Shown here piece after piece: positions 45,842 through 55,900 of a DNA stretch of 64,000 nt. Position 1 is the first letter of the stretch. Every line of letters begins with the position of its first letter. Source of the DNA: Naegleria gruberi (lineage: Eukaryota); the NCBI GenBank assembly GCA_000004985.1, contig GG738845.1. One strand, given 5' to 3'. The notes beneath the pieces were generated by a model. The model was not told the origin of the DNA. It ran no database searches and saw only the letters and a program-made list of their open reading frames with translations. The position numbers were made by a program, and so were the translations under genes.

Positions 45842-48800
45842 ATGATCAAAAATGACATTTATTCATCATCGGAATCTGATGACTCTGTAATGTTGAGCAG
45901 TGATGACAGTGACGAGGAAAATACATTGAAAAACGCTTTAAATTCTGCAAGAGAATTATCTAATATTAAACCTAATTTTGGCTATTCTTTCGACAATATA
46001 TCAACTTTTATACCAAACTTTGAAAACGGTATTAACAACAACCACCAAATTTACAACATTTCCCAAGCTATTGACTCTTCTGATACTACTAATTTGAATA
46101 TTTCCGATAGACTACTACATTTGAAGGAAGGGCTAAATTTTAATGAAAAGTATAAGCAATTACTGCAAAGCGAGATTGAAAAAATAGAGGAAGCACAAAG
46201 AAATGTAGGAACCATTCAGAGGGACATCAGAAAAGAGTTAATACAACGACAGAAAGGTCCTCCAATGTCACTTTATCCATCCCGAAAGAATCTTTCTCAA
46301 AATAATGGGAAAATATCAAAAAAGTTGGCTTGTGAATTTTTTGTAAACCTGGCTCAATCAAAGTTAAAAGCCTCAGGTAGTTCTGCTATTATTGTTGATG
46401 AGTACAATACTAGGATACTACAATCGGCTGCTATTGCATCGAAAGGAGCAGAAAAACCTAAAAAATCGAAAAAACAACAAAAAAAGAAAAAAAGAAACAC
46501 AGAGGATGAGGAATATATTAGTGACTCTGAATTCCAGTCTGATGATGATGGATATGATGAAGAAGTTGATAATGAAATAGATACAATAGAGGAGATGGCT
46601 GAAAATACAGTAATTATTCAGGGACCAGCTCCAAACTCTGATACACTCACTAGACAAGAATTTCTCAAACTTGTTCCACTTGTGTTTGATACTAAAAAGT
46701 GGTCTAACAATGAAATTAAAAATATTAGATATGCTGTCAGATTGCAACATCAAGAAATGGAGTGTAAGAGAGTTTTTGAAACATGTAAAGGAGATAGTAA
46801 CCTTTTAAAAAAAGAATTTGAGAAGGTTAAAAACATGTCAGGTGAGGAGTTAGAAAATATAGAGAGCTCGAAAATTGATTGGGAAAAAGTAGCAAAATTT
46901 TATGTAAAAACTAGGAAACCTGAAGAATGCAGGAAATTTTGGGAAATTGAACTGGCAAAAGATATTAAAAAAGATAACTGGTCTAAAGAAGAAGATATTA
47001 ATTTATTATATGTTGCAGACGATTCAAAGGGCCATGATTGGTCGAAAATATCCAACAAGCTTTATGAAACTCAACCTTTAAAAAGAAGACCTATTCATTG
47101 TTTCAGAAGGTACCAACGAAGTTTAAATACAAATATGATGAGAAGTAAATGGACTGAAGAAGAAGACAGGAAACTTATGGAGGCAGTAAAGTCATTTGGT
47201 GAAAAGAATTGGCAACAGATAGCCAATCAATTAGAAGAAAGGACAGGACAGCAGTGTCTGCACCGTTGGATGAAAACACTCAATCCTGCAATTAAAAGAG
47301 GAAGATGGACAGTTGAAGAGGATAAGCGGCTTTTAATGGCAGTTAATGCATACCCTTCCAACAATTGGGTTCTTGTTAATAGACACACACCTGGAAGAAC
47401 AGACGTGCAATGTAGAGAGCGGTGGTGTAACATTCTAAATCCAGTCCTGAATGTTGGACCCTGGACGAAAGAAGAAGATGAAAGTCTCAAGCGTGCCATT
47501 AAAGATCTAGGAGCTGGTAACTGGTCTAAAATTGCTGAGGTAATGCATCCCAGAACTGATAATCAGTGCTGGAGACGTTGGAGGTTGATAAGCTCAGAAG
47601 AAGTATCAGATTATAGAAAGAAGATTTACAAGAGGGAAAAGGCTCTCGTAAAAAACTTTGTTGGCAGAGAAAAGGAAAGACCTGATATAACTGCAGATGA
47701 TCTTCAAATAACTCATCCAGAAAGCGACAATAACTTGATCCAACTATCTATTTCAGAATTTGTAGAAAAAGATAGATCTCTGATTTTCTCTCAAAACTCA
47801 TTACTTTCAAGTACTATTTGTGTAGAATCAATGCAATCATTGCATCAATCACTCACCATCCCAAAACTAAAGAGTGTTCTTGAAATAGAATGGCAAAGAA
47901 TGGACCAAATACGTTTTCTTTTGGAGAAAACACCTTACTTTATTGGAGTGCCACTATCAAACATTTTGAAAAGAGTTATGAGCTTGATGTTTTCTCTCAA
48001 GGGTACACTCACTATCAAGCACATTTATATTCCAGAACTACCTAAAAAAGAAATTAGAATACAGACCTTTAAAAGCATGGTGGTTCCAATAGAAAGACCA
48101 GTTTTCTCTTTCCCTTGCATTGTACCAACCACTCTTTCTCCTTCTCTTCCATCAGTTACCGCAACTAGTGTATCCCTTAATGCTTTAGCAACTCTTCAAG
48201 ATGTACTATACAATAGAGGTAGCCCAAAAATGGCTACCACTACAGCAAAGGTGATAGATATCCAATCTAGTTCAGAGAAACTATCAACTTTCCAAATACC
48301 TGCTTTTCAGCCAACAACCAAAGACTGGGTTTATGAACCGCCAACTCTTGTTCACAATAACGCTTCTATTTTACATTCACCAGAGTTTAAAACTCTATCT
48401 AGTGTGTTTAATTCATTATTCCAAAAGCCTATGCAACAAACGATTGGTAAATTGGCAGAGAGATTACCTCATTTATTGAGACGAGTTCCTCATGCTGATA
48501 TTTTGAATAAGTCTATGGAAGAATCACAGACCAATTACCAACACATATGTCAAAATTCAAAAGATCCATTTATTATACAACAATCAAAATGGGAAACAGA
48601 AAAAACTCTCAGTGATCCACCTACATTTTCCACCGTTTTTTCATTATATCACCATTTACCAACTGATGATTTGTTTAATAGAAACGAAGCAAGCACTCTT
48701 CCCCAAGCTCCTTTGATTCTGGTTAAGCCCAAAGGTGTGAGAGGCAGACCAAAAGGATCAAAAAACAAAAAGACACTCGAACTCGAGAGACAGAGAAGGG

Positions 48801-49111
48801 AAGCAGATACACAGAGCACCTTGTCAGCTGGTGGTAGCACTGCCGAATCACAAGTAGTCCAACAAACCAACAGTGCGATCACAAACACTACCACGGCAGA
48901 GGTCTCACAAAAGAGAGGAAGAGGAAGACCAAAGGGATCCAAAAACAAACCTAAAACCCTTGAACAACTTACAGAACAAAAGAAGAAACAGTTGAACAAG
49001 CCAGTTGTAAGGAAGGTATCCAAAAATCAAACTGGTTCCTCTAAAAAACGAAAAACTGGGCAAACCACGGATCTTACTCTTGACAGAACAACAGCAGAGG
49101 AAGAGCAATAA
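45842..49111 (+). CDS. SNAPC4: SNAPc4/SNAP190-like Myb-repeat protein (the Myb subunit of the snRNA-activating protein complex), with AT-hook-like GRP motifs.
   Basis: Four and a half tandem Myb/SANT repeats (W..EED..L...V...G..W..I...) of the Rh-Ra-Rb-Rc-Rd type. Two KGxRGRPKGSKNK motifs lie near the C-terminus. Confidence 0.65.
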   Translation: MIKNDIYSSSESDDSVMLSSDDSDEENTLKNALNSARELSNIKPNFGYSFDNISTFIPNFENGINNNHQIYNISQAIDSSDTTNLNISDRLLHLKEGLNFNEKYKQLLQSEIEKIEEAQRNVGTIQRDIRKELIQRQKGPPMSLYPSRKNLSQNNGKISKKLACEFFVNLAQSKLKASGSSAIIVDEYNTRILQSAAIASKGAEKPKKSKKQQKKKKRNTEDEEYISDSEFQSDDDGYDEEVDNEIDTIEEMAENTVIIQGPAPNSDTLTRQEFLKLVPLVFDTKKWSNNEIKNIRYAVRLQHQEMECKRVFETCKGDSNLLKKEFEKVKNMSGEELENIESSKIDWEKVAKFYVKTRKPEECRKFWEIELAKDIKKDNWSKEEDINLLYVADDSKGHDWSKISNKLYETQPLKRRPIHCFRRYQRSLNTNMMRSKWTEEEDRKLMEAVKSFGEKNWQQIANQLEERTGQQCLHRWMKTLNPAIKRGRWTVEEDKRLLMAVNAYPSNNWVLVNRHTPGRTDVQCRERWCNILNPVLNVGPWTKEEDESLKRAIKDLGAGNWSKIAEVMHPRTDNQCWRRWRLISSEEVSDYRKKIYKREKALVKNFVGREKERPDITADDLQITHPESDNNLIQLSISEFVEKDRSLIFSQNSLLSSTICVESMQSLHQSLTIPKLKSVLEIEWQRMDQIRFLLEKTPYFIGVPLSNILKRVMSLMFSLKGTLTIKHIYIPELPKKEIRIQTFKSMVVPIERPVFSFPCIVPTTLSPSLPSVTATSVSLNALATLQDVLYNRGSPKMATTTAKVIDIQSSSEKLSTFQIPAFQPTTKDWVYEPPTLVHNNASILHSPEFKTLSSVFNSLFQKPMQQTIGKLAERLPHLLRRVPHADILNKSMEESQTNYQHICQNSKDPFIIQQSKWETEKTLSDPPTFSTVFSLYHHLPTDDLFNRNEASTLPQAPLILVKPKGVRGRPKGSKNKKTLELERQRREADTQSTLSAGGSTAESQVVQQTNSAITNTTTAEVSQKRGRGRPKGSKNKPKTLEQLTEQKKKQLNKPVVRKVSKNQTGSSKKRKTGQTTDLTLDRTTAEEEQ

Positions 49112-49340
49112 GTTAACCCTTATTCAGTAGGATAAGAGAATATATCTTTGTTCCTCAATTCGACCTTTTTACTCAGTCTCTAGTTAGCCACTTTTGCAGT
49201 TTAGAAATTTTTGCAATGGCTTAATAATTTGGCGGTAATCTTCCTCCAATTACAGCAAAAAAAATACACTATCACCTTGAGTTTATCACTCACTGTTAAA
49301 AACGTCATCATACCTTGTAAAATAGTAATAATTAAAAAAC

Positions 49341-50318
49341 ATGAGCAATTGGCTAGAGGCTAGACAAGGCCACGTTTCCCATTCCGGAATAGGAGAACAA
49401 AAAAGGGCACAGCCATCGCCAATAGCAAGTAATTCTCAACAAGTAAACTTTGTTTCAAATCTTAGTACCAGCGGAAGTAGTGGAGGCACTCCATCTGTTG
49501 TTCCAATTTTTAACATTCAGAAAGAAGTCGAAGATTTAAGTAATAAGATTTACTCTTTTATGTACACTGTGGGAAGGATAGAATCTCACACAAAAGAGTT
49601 GGAGAAAAAAGATTCAGATTCAGTTAAAAACAAATTAAAGGCACACAGGGAGAAGGCGAAAAAGGAACTACGATGGTTGCTGCAAAAGTTTGAAGAAATT
49701 TCTTGTAAAGCACCCAATCTCAAGGACTCAACTACTGAAAAAGTGTTTGAAAAGATAACGAAACAATTCAAGGATCAATTTGAGAGATTTCAAAATGTAT
49801 CAAAGCATTCGATAGAGGTTGAAAAGAAACACCTAATTAAGGTACACAGCAGATCGCGCCAAACTGAAAATTCTGCTCTTGTGGACGATACTGAGAATAA
49901 TGACACAGATGGGGAATATGAAGATCATAAATACGGAGTTGGAAAATACGAACAAGAGCAACAAGATTTATTCGAACAACGTTTAATTTTGACAGAGTTT
50001 GATCACAGTATGATTCAGACAGAAAAGGCGATCGCTGAAGAGAGATTGAATGAGCTCAAACAATTAGAAGTAGATATGAACGATATTTATTCATGTTATG
50101 TTGATTTAAGTTCAATGATTAAACAGCAAGGTGAAACAATGGACACAGTCGAGTCCAACATTTTAAAATCAAATATAATGGTGGAGGAGGGAGTGGAATA
50201 TATAGAAACATCCAGAAAGAAATTGTCTTATCGTTTAGTGATTCAATTATTATTGATTGCTGGATTTACTATTATTGTGATATTGGGAGTTGTATTGGGA
50301 GTGATATACATTATTTAA
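49341..50318 (+). CDS. Qa-SNARE syntaxin (endosomal Pep12/syntaxin-7-like) with a C-terminal TM anchor.
   Basis: The Habc-like helical N-terminus is followed by the SNARE motif ...TEKAIAEERLNELKQLEVDMNDIYSCYVDLSSMIKQQGETMDTVESNI... and the TM segment LVIQLLLIAGFTIIVILGVVLGVIYII. Confidence 0.75.
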   Translation: MSNWLEARQGHVSHSGIGEQKRAQPSPIASNSQQVNFVSNLSTSGSSGGTPSVVPIFNIQKEVEDLSNKIYSFMYTVGRIESHTKELEKKDSDSVKNKLKAHREKAKKELRWLLQKFEEISCKAPNLKDSTTEKVFEKITKQFKDQFERFQNVSKHSIEVEKKHLIKVHSRSRQTENSALVDDTENNDTDGEYEDHKYGVGKYEQEQQDLFEQRLILTEFDHSMIQTEKAIAEERLNELKQLEVDMNDIYSCYVDLSSMIKQQGETMDTVESNILKSNIMVEEGVEYIETSRKKLSYRLVIQLLLIAGFTIIVILGVVLGVIYII

Positions 50319-51986
50319 CTGTAAAATAAATGAACTAGCTCTGATAAGGTTAGCCAATTATGCAAATCTCTTTCGGAAATGCTTGTATCAGAAACTCTGT
50401 TTCTTACAAATGTTTGAGTAGCAAGTTGATTAACATCTTGAGTCAATTTGATATCCTTGTAATTGTTCCTTGCTATTTGGCTAATATAAGATTGGAATAA
50501 TAGGGACTGACTATCATTAATTGCAGGAATTTCTAAAGATTTTTCAGGCAATAATTTAACCAAATAATTTACATCTCTGTGGAATAGACTTTTACCTTTG
50601 GAAATTATTACAACTGGAATGTCAACATTCATTATAAGTGGATGATATGAATAATCATAGTCAACTTTTTGTGAAGAAATAAGAGTTGATAGATGGGAAA
50701 TATTTCTCATAGCTCCTTCAAGTAAATTTCCTTCCCGAAGAGAGTTTTCGTCAATAATGAGATGTGTGCCTGATGGTAATTGTAAAAGGCCTGATTTTAA
50801 CTTATCCATTTGATAATCCTTAACAGGGGCTAGTCTGGTATGTTCAAGATTACTGCTTGTCATTTCAAAGAGGTACGAAGAGGGAAGAAGGGTGTGAAGA
50901 ATTTCATCCATCTTTTTAGCAGTATCCTTGTCACAGTTATAGATATTCAGAATGAATTTTCCAAGTGTTACCCCATAATTATGAGAACGACTTTACAATG
51001 CCATTATTATTTAAATTAATTGTGTTAACTTACACTCTGCTAATAAGATTGTACAATAAAAGTTCTGCAACCAGACAATCACCTCCAAAAGCTAAAGTTA
51101 AATATTCCAATAACTGATTTCTGACAATATCCCATGAATACTCCGAATTAGTAATTGTTACAACATCAAACACAGATTTGTATTTTTTAAAGAACAAGAC
51201 ATGTAATCGTGGGACAAGAGTTGCTTCGGGTCTAAAATTGCAAAATTCCTCCTCTTCATCTGTACACATTTTGTTAGGTGACTCAAATGTTAAAATTCCT
51301 ACAAAATCTACAAGTTCAGTATTTTTGAATCCAAAGTCTTCTCCATATAGTTTAATAAGACAAGCGAGACCATCTTCTCCTTTGATGGGGAAGTCCAACA
51401 TCTCATCTCTATCAGAAACAACAGATCTCTTATCAGAAGTAGAAATATTTTCATGAAGTTGTCTTTTTTTCTTTGTTTCCAATTCCAGCTCATCTGACAT
51501 GTCATCTGATTCACCTTCTGAATCTTCATCATTTCTTTTCCTTTTTGTGTTTTGTACTGTTGATTTTTTGAGTGTTGATTTGTTCACTTCTTCGTTTTTG
51601 TTGGTGTTATTAGGGTAGAATGAAGTTCGTGACCACTTTGCCTCCCCTGGTATCGGAATGCAATAGAATAATTCTCTTTCAATCATCACATTGTCGTTGA
51701 AAAAATTATTGTCATCATACCCTGCTTCTCTATACAAATAATTTGCTGTTACTAATTCAGTATTATGTACATCTTGTATGATGCCTCTATATTTGACCAG
51801 AGTATTTGGGGTTGACATTGGATTTAAAGAAGGAATAATTTTAAACATTTCGTCAGATCCGAAATGTTCTTCGTAGCATTTGGACATTTGTAAATGAACA
51901 TCGATTGGATTGGCAAGATTTTTACTTTTAATCAGCTCTTCCAATATTTGAAAGGGGTTTTCTATCATTAGATTGGTTGCATTCAT
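50315..51986 (-). CDS. MCMBP: MCM-binding protein (MCMBP). Two exons (51034..51986 and 50315..50990) with a 43-nt intron at 50991..51033.
   Basis: ...IIPSLNPMSTPNTLVKYRGIIQDVHNTELV...ELFYCIPIPGEAKWS... matches human ...[32 protein letters not shown]...TFYCVPVPGESTW.... The C-terminal ...LLQLPSGTHLIIDENSLREGNL...ISSQKVDYDYSYHPLIMNVDIPVVIISKGKSLF matches LLQLPSNTSLVIDETLLEQGQL...ITWQKVDYDFSYH.... The stop codon overlaps the syntaxin stop codon. Confidence 0.8.
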
Positions 51987-52015
51987 TTTTTTTATTTAAT
52001 TATTAAATAATTCAA

Positions 52016-52627
52016 TTACAGCATTTCCTCTACTAACGACTTTAGAACATCTGCATGACATGGCCGTTCATACCTCTCACAAAAACACCCAATTTTCTTT
52101 CCTTTCAGTTCATGTAAAGAATTTTTCAAGTTTGGTTGAGAAAGAATGTAATCTCTGTACTTTTCTAAGGATTCTTTCTTGGGTAGTTTTTCGAAAGGGT
52201 TTGCCCATTTGGACTCGTTTAATTGCCACCCACTATGAAAACATCTTGAGCCAACATAAACATCACAATTTTGTATCGTTTCACCTTTCTTTTTTCTTAT
52301 TCTAACAACTTGTGTTTGAGTGTCAATAATTTCAATATCTAATTGGTTTCTTGTTTTCGGTTTCTTTTTCTTGGGAGAAATAACGCACGGGATGAGTCTA
52401 CCGGTTGTTTGACTCTTAATAAACAGGTTTCCATTTAGTTTTTTCATTGGAATATTTACATTACTATTGTACAGTTCTTGGTTGCTTTCCATAACATCTG
52501 AAAAATATCGTTTCCTTTTTTGATCATTTATTTCCGGTTCATCCATTAGGCTGTTCTCTGTTGTTTGGGTTTCTTCTGAAAATGTAAGAACAAAAATGCC
52601 TGCCTTCTTCTCCTGGGAGGTTAACAT
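52016..52627 (-). CDS. DUF4326-domain protein (a bacterial/phage-type domain) with a basic, NLS-like N-terminal extension. Intronless.
   Basis: The C-terminal ~80 aa ...VYVGSRCFHSGWQLNESKWANPFEKLPKKESLEKYRDYILSQPNLKNSLHELKGKKIGCFCERYERPCHADVLKSLVEE matches the DUF4326 consensus as I recall it (..iGR......skWGNPF......a...Y..yl.....L..L.Gk.LgCwC.p..CHgdvL). The N-terminus contains PKKKKPKTRN. Confidence 0.55.
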   Translation of the reverse strand: MLTSQEKKAGIFVLTFSEETQTTENSLMDEPEINDQKRKRYFSDVMESNQELYNSNVNIPMKKLNGNLFIKSQTTGRLIPCVISPKKKKPKTRNQLDIEIIDTQTQVVRIRKKKGETIQNCDVYVGSRCFHSGWQLNESKWANPFEKLPKKESLEKYRDYILSQPNLKNSLHELKGKKIGCFCERYERPCHADVLKSLVEEML

Positions 52628-52794
52628 TTTTTTTTATTGTTAGTTCTTGCCCACACTGGAATTGGTTGGCATCAAAAATATTAACTATTTTTTTTAAAAA
52701 AATGAAACCATAACCACAAAACATCAAATCAAACAACCAACAACCAACAGCTAGAAAAATGTATACATAGTATCGAACGAAAGATCAAAAACAC

Positions 52795-52940
52795 AGCTCA
52801 CGTCCACAAAGGATCGTTACTAATTCTGTCATGATACCCTCGCCAGTGTGAGCTCATACACCACATGTTGACTAAAGAAACAGCATTCAGACCCTCAAGT
52901 CAAGTGACTGTGCCGAAGTCATCATACAATACTTTTTTCT
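52795..52940 (+). ncRNA. Candidate small structured RNA, possibly a Pol III transcript, in a locally GC-richer island. Identity unknown.
   Basis: A ~140-nt segment has clearly higher GC than its surroundings. It ends in ...catcatacaatacttttttc (a T6 run). tataca lies ~30 nt upstream of 52795. A perfect 7-bp stem is formed by agctcac (52795) and gtgagct (52848). No match to any snRNA or tRNA that I could recall. Confidence 0.15.
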
Positions 52941-52962
52941 TTTAATTATTTAATTTAATTCT

Positions 52963-55900
52963 TTATTCATTCCACACACATTTTTCATAATTAAAAGAAA
53001 AATCTTCTGAACACTCCACTTCTACCATGTATGACTTCGAAACAATCTCTACTTTTTCCAATAATGAAATAATATCATTCATCTTGTCGGATCGAATTAT
53101 CGACTCCTCTGTAAAGTAGTCTCCAATTTGTTGCAAAGAGGAAAGCCTTTTGAACCATTCAGCTAATTTTCTCTTATTGAATGCGTTAACGACAAACAAA
53201 ACAAATTTAACATCATTTGGCTCTGTGAGCTTGATTTTGGCACTAGAAACTAGATCATTAATACCATGATAAATGTCCTTGATTTCTCCTTGTGTTTTTT
53301 CTGCCTTTTCAACGTAGAACTTGATAAAATCCCAAAAGTAATACCTTCCAAAGAATTTAAAAGCTCTAAAACCAACTTCAAATATTGCAAGAAGTGATCT
53401 AGATAATTTTCTTTTAACAATTTTCTCCATGTCCTCAGATAACTCTATCTTACATTTAATTTCAGCCAAAATAGATTTCAAGTTTTCAATTGGTGGTGCA
53501 TTTGGAAAGTCAATTAAAAGGTTATCTGCAATTAATTGTTGTATCTCCTCACTTGTTTCAAACAGGTCAATATTTTTGATTTTGAATTTAGATTGTTTTT
53601 TAGAGAGGAATATCAAATCTTCCTTGGTATTAGGTTGATAAAGGATGGATGAAGGGGCAAAGAATTCTTTGAGAAATTCTGTGGATGTGAAAAAGGATTC
53701 CCAAAAGTCCTTACTGAAAAAACCATTTACATTTAAATAGTACACATAAAGAATAGACAGAGAAAAATATTCCTTATCTAAACTTGTTGATAATTTCAAA
53801 TCTGAAAAGGATTTTTTAAATCCTCTCAACTTTTTGACAAGCTTTTTCAATTTGGTTTGAGTACTAATTTCAGATTCCTTCTTAATAGAGTTCATAAGAA
53901 AATCTACAAATTTTGGAATAATAATATTGTAGAGGAAGGTTGGTGTGTTGTGCCCAATACTACATTGGTCAGACAGGATTAGAGAGTATTGTCTAGCTAT
54001 TTCTATTACGTATTGGTCGTTATAGTTTAAAATTACCTTATTTTCTTCATCTAACTTTAACTCTCCTTTGGCTAGTTTTTTGTATAAAGTAGATAAGGTA
54101 TTGTCTATCATCTCAATTGCTGGAGGTGTTTGTGTTTTGTTTGCTTTGCTTGGAAGTACTGCTTTTTTCTTTTCTTTGTTTTCATCTATTTGCTTGCCCT
54201 CTTCTTTCCTCTCGTCTTGATAATTTTCATTTTTTCCTTGATCACTTACATTCTCAATTTGAAAATTACTTTCCACTTTATCTAATATAATCTTAGATTT
54301 TCCTGCTTCATTATTGGATTGATTATTAAAGACAACTTTTTGTTCTAACTCTGAAATAGATTTTTCTGAAATCTTGATATGGGTTTCCTTTTCTGAAATA
54401 GTTTTTTGAAATTTTGTTTCTTGATCGAGAAGTTCAATAAGTTTCTGTTTAAGTTCATTTTCTTTTTTGGATAATTCTGATAATGATTTTTCAATAATTG
54501 TCTTTTCAAGTTCATGGGATTCAATTTGTTGTTCTTTTTCTTGTTTTTCTTTCTCATAACTCTTGACACTATTTTCTTTTTCTAATATATACTCTTCAAG
54601 CTTAGCTATTTGATTACTAATGTCAACAAGGTTCCTGTCTAGCTCTAAACTTGTTATTTCTAAAATCTTGACATTTCTTCCCTTTTCTAATATTGATTTT
54701 TCCAAAATCAGAACTTGACCTTCTTTTTCTACTATGCAACCTTCAAGTTTTGATTCCTGTTTATCAAGTTCAATAATTTTTTTTTCGATATCAGAAATTG
54801 TATTTTCTAACGTCTTAATATTATTTTCCTTTTTTAAAATTGATTTCTCATATTTCTTAATATTATTTGTCTTCTCTACAATGGATACTTCAAGATTTTT
54901 TTCTTGAGTAACAAGTTCTGAGAGTTTTTTGTCAAGCTCTGTAATTGTCATTTCTAAATTTTCTATAGTATTTTCCTTCTCTACAATAGAAGACTCTTGA
55001 AAATGTTGCGTTTCAACAAGAGAGTTTTTAGCTTGGTTATTAAGGTCAACAACTTTTTGTTCTAACTTTGAAATAGATTTTCTGATATTGGTTTCCTTTT
55101 TTGAAATAGTTTCTTGAAGTTTTGTTTCTTGATTGAGTAGTTCAATAAGCTTCTGTTCAAGTTCTGTAATTATCATTTCTAAATTTTTGATGATATTTTC
55201 CCTCTCTATAATAGAAGACTCTTTGAAATGTTGTGTTTCAACAAGCTCATTTTCTTTTTTGGATAATTCTGATAATGATCTTTCAATAATTGTCTTTTCA
55301 AGTTCAAGTTTTCCAATTTTTTGTTCTTTTTCTTTTTTTTCAATTTCTAGTTTGTAAACATTATCATGGAGTTCTTTGGTTTTGCTATCCAAATCTGCCT
55401 TTTCTTCCATTGATTTAGTATATTCAGATTGTTGATTCATTAATTGTACTTCAAGATCTGCAATTATTTCACACATTGCAACTTTTCTTGATGAAAAATC
55501 TGCAAAATCGTGCTGCAATCTTTCTTTCTGCAAACTGGTCTCTTTCACAATGTCTTCCACTTCCTTATTCATTGAAGAAATATTTTCAACATTTTGTGTT
55601 TCCTTTTCCAAATTTTCTTTTAACAATAACATTTGATTTTGCAAAGAGGATTTTTGCTCTTCCAAATTAATAGCTTTGAATCATACTCGGAAATATCTTT
55701 TCTCAATTTTTCAACAACTTTTGTGTCTTCTTCTACTTGTAGTGTTGACTGAATGATATTATCTTGCAAATTATTGGCTGTAAATCTTAATTCATGCAGT
55801 TCGTGTTGCTTTTTCGAAATTGAAATTTCGTTATCCTTAATTTCTGTTTCCAATTTGAAAATTTCATTCTCTAACCCCTTTATCTTTTCCAAACATGTAA

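Noticed and set aside
52740-52945. Assignment of the GC-rich island to a specific RNA class (U6, U6atac, C/D snoRNA, SL RNA, tRNA)
   Set aside because: None of the diagnostic boxes fit (ACAGAGA/AGC for U6, RUGAUGA...CUGA with terminal stem, a Sm site plus splice donor for an SL RNA, tRNA A/B boxes). It is kept only as an unclassified candidate.
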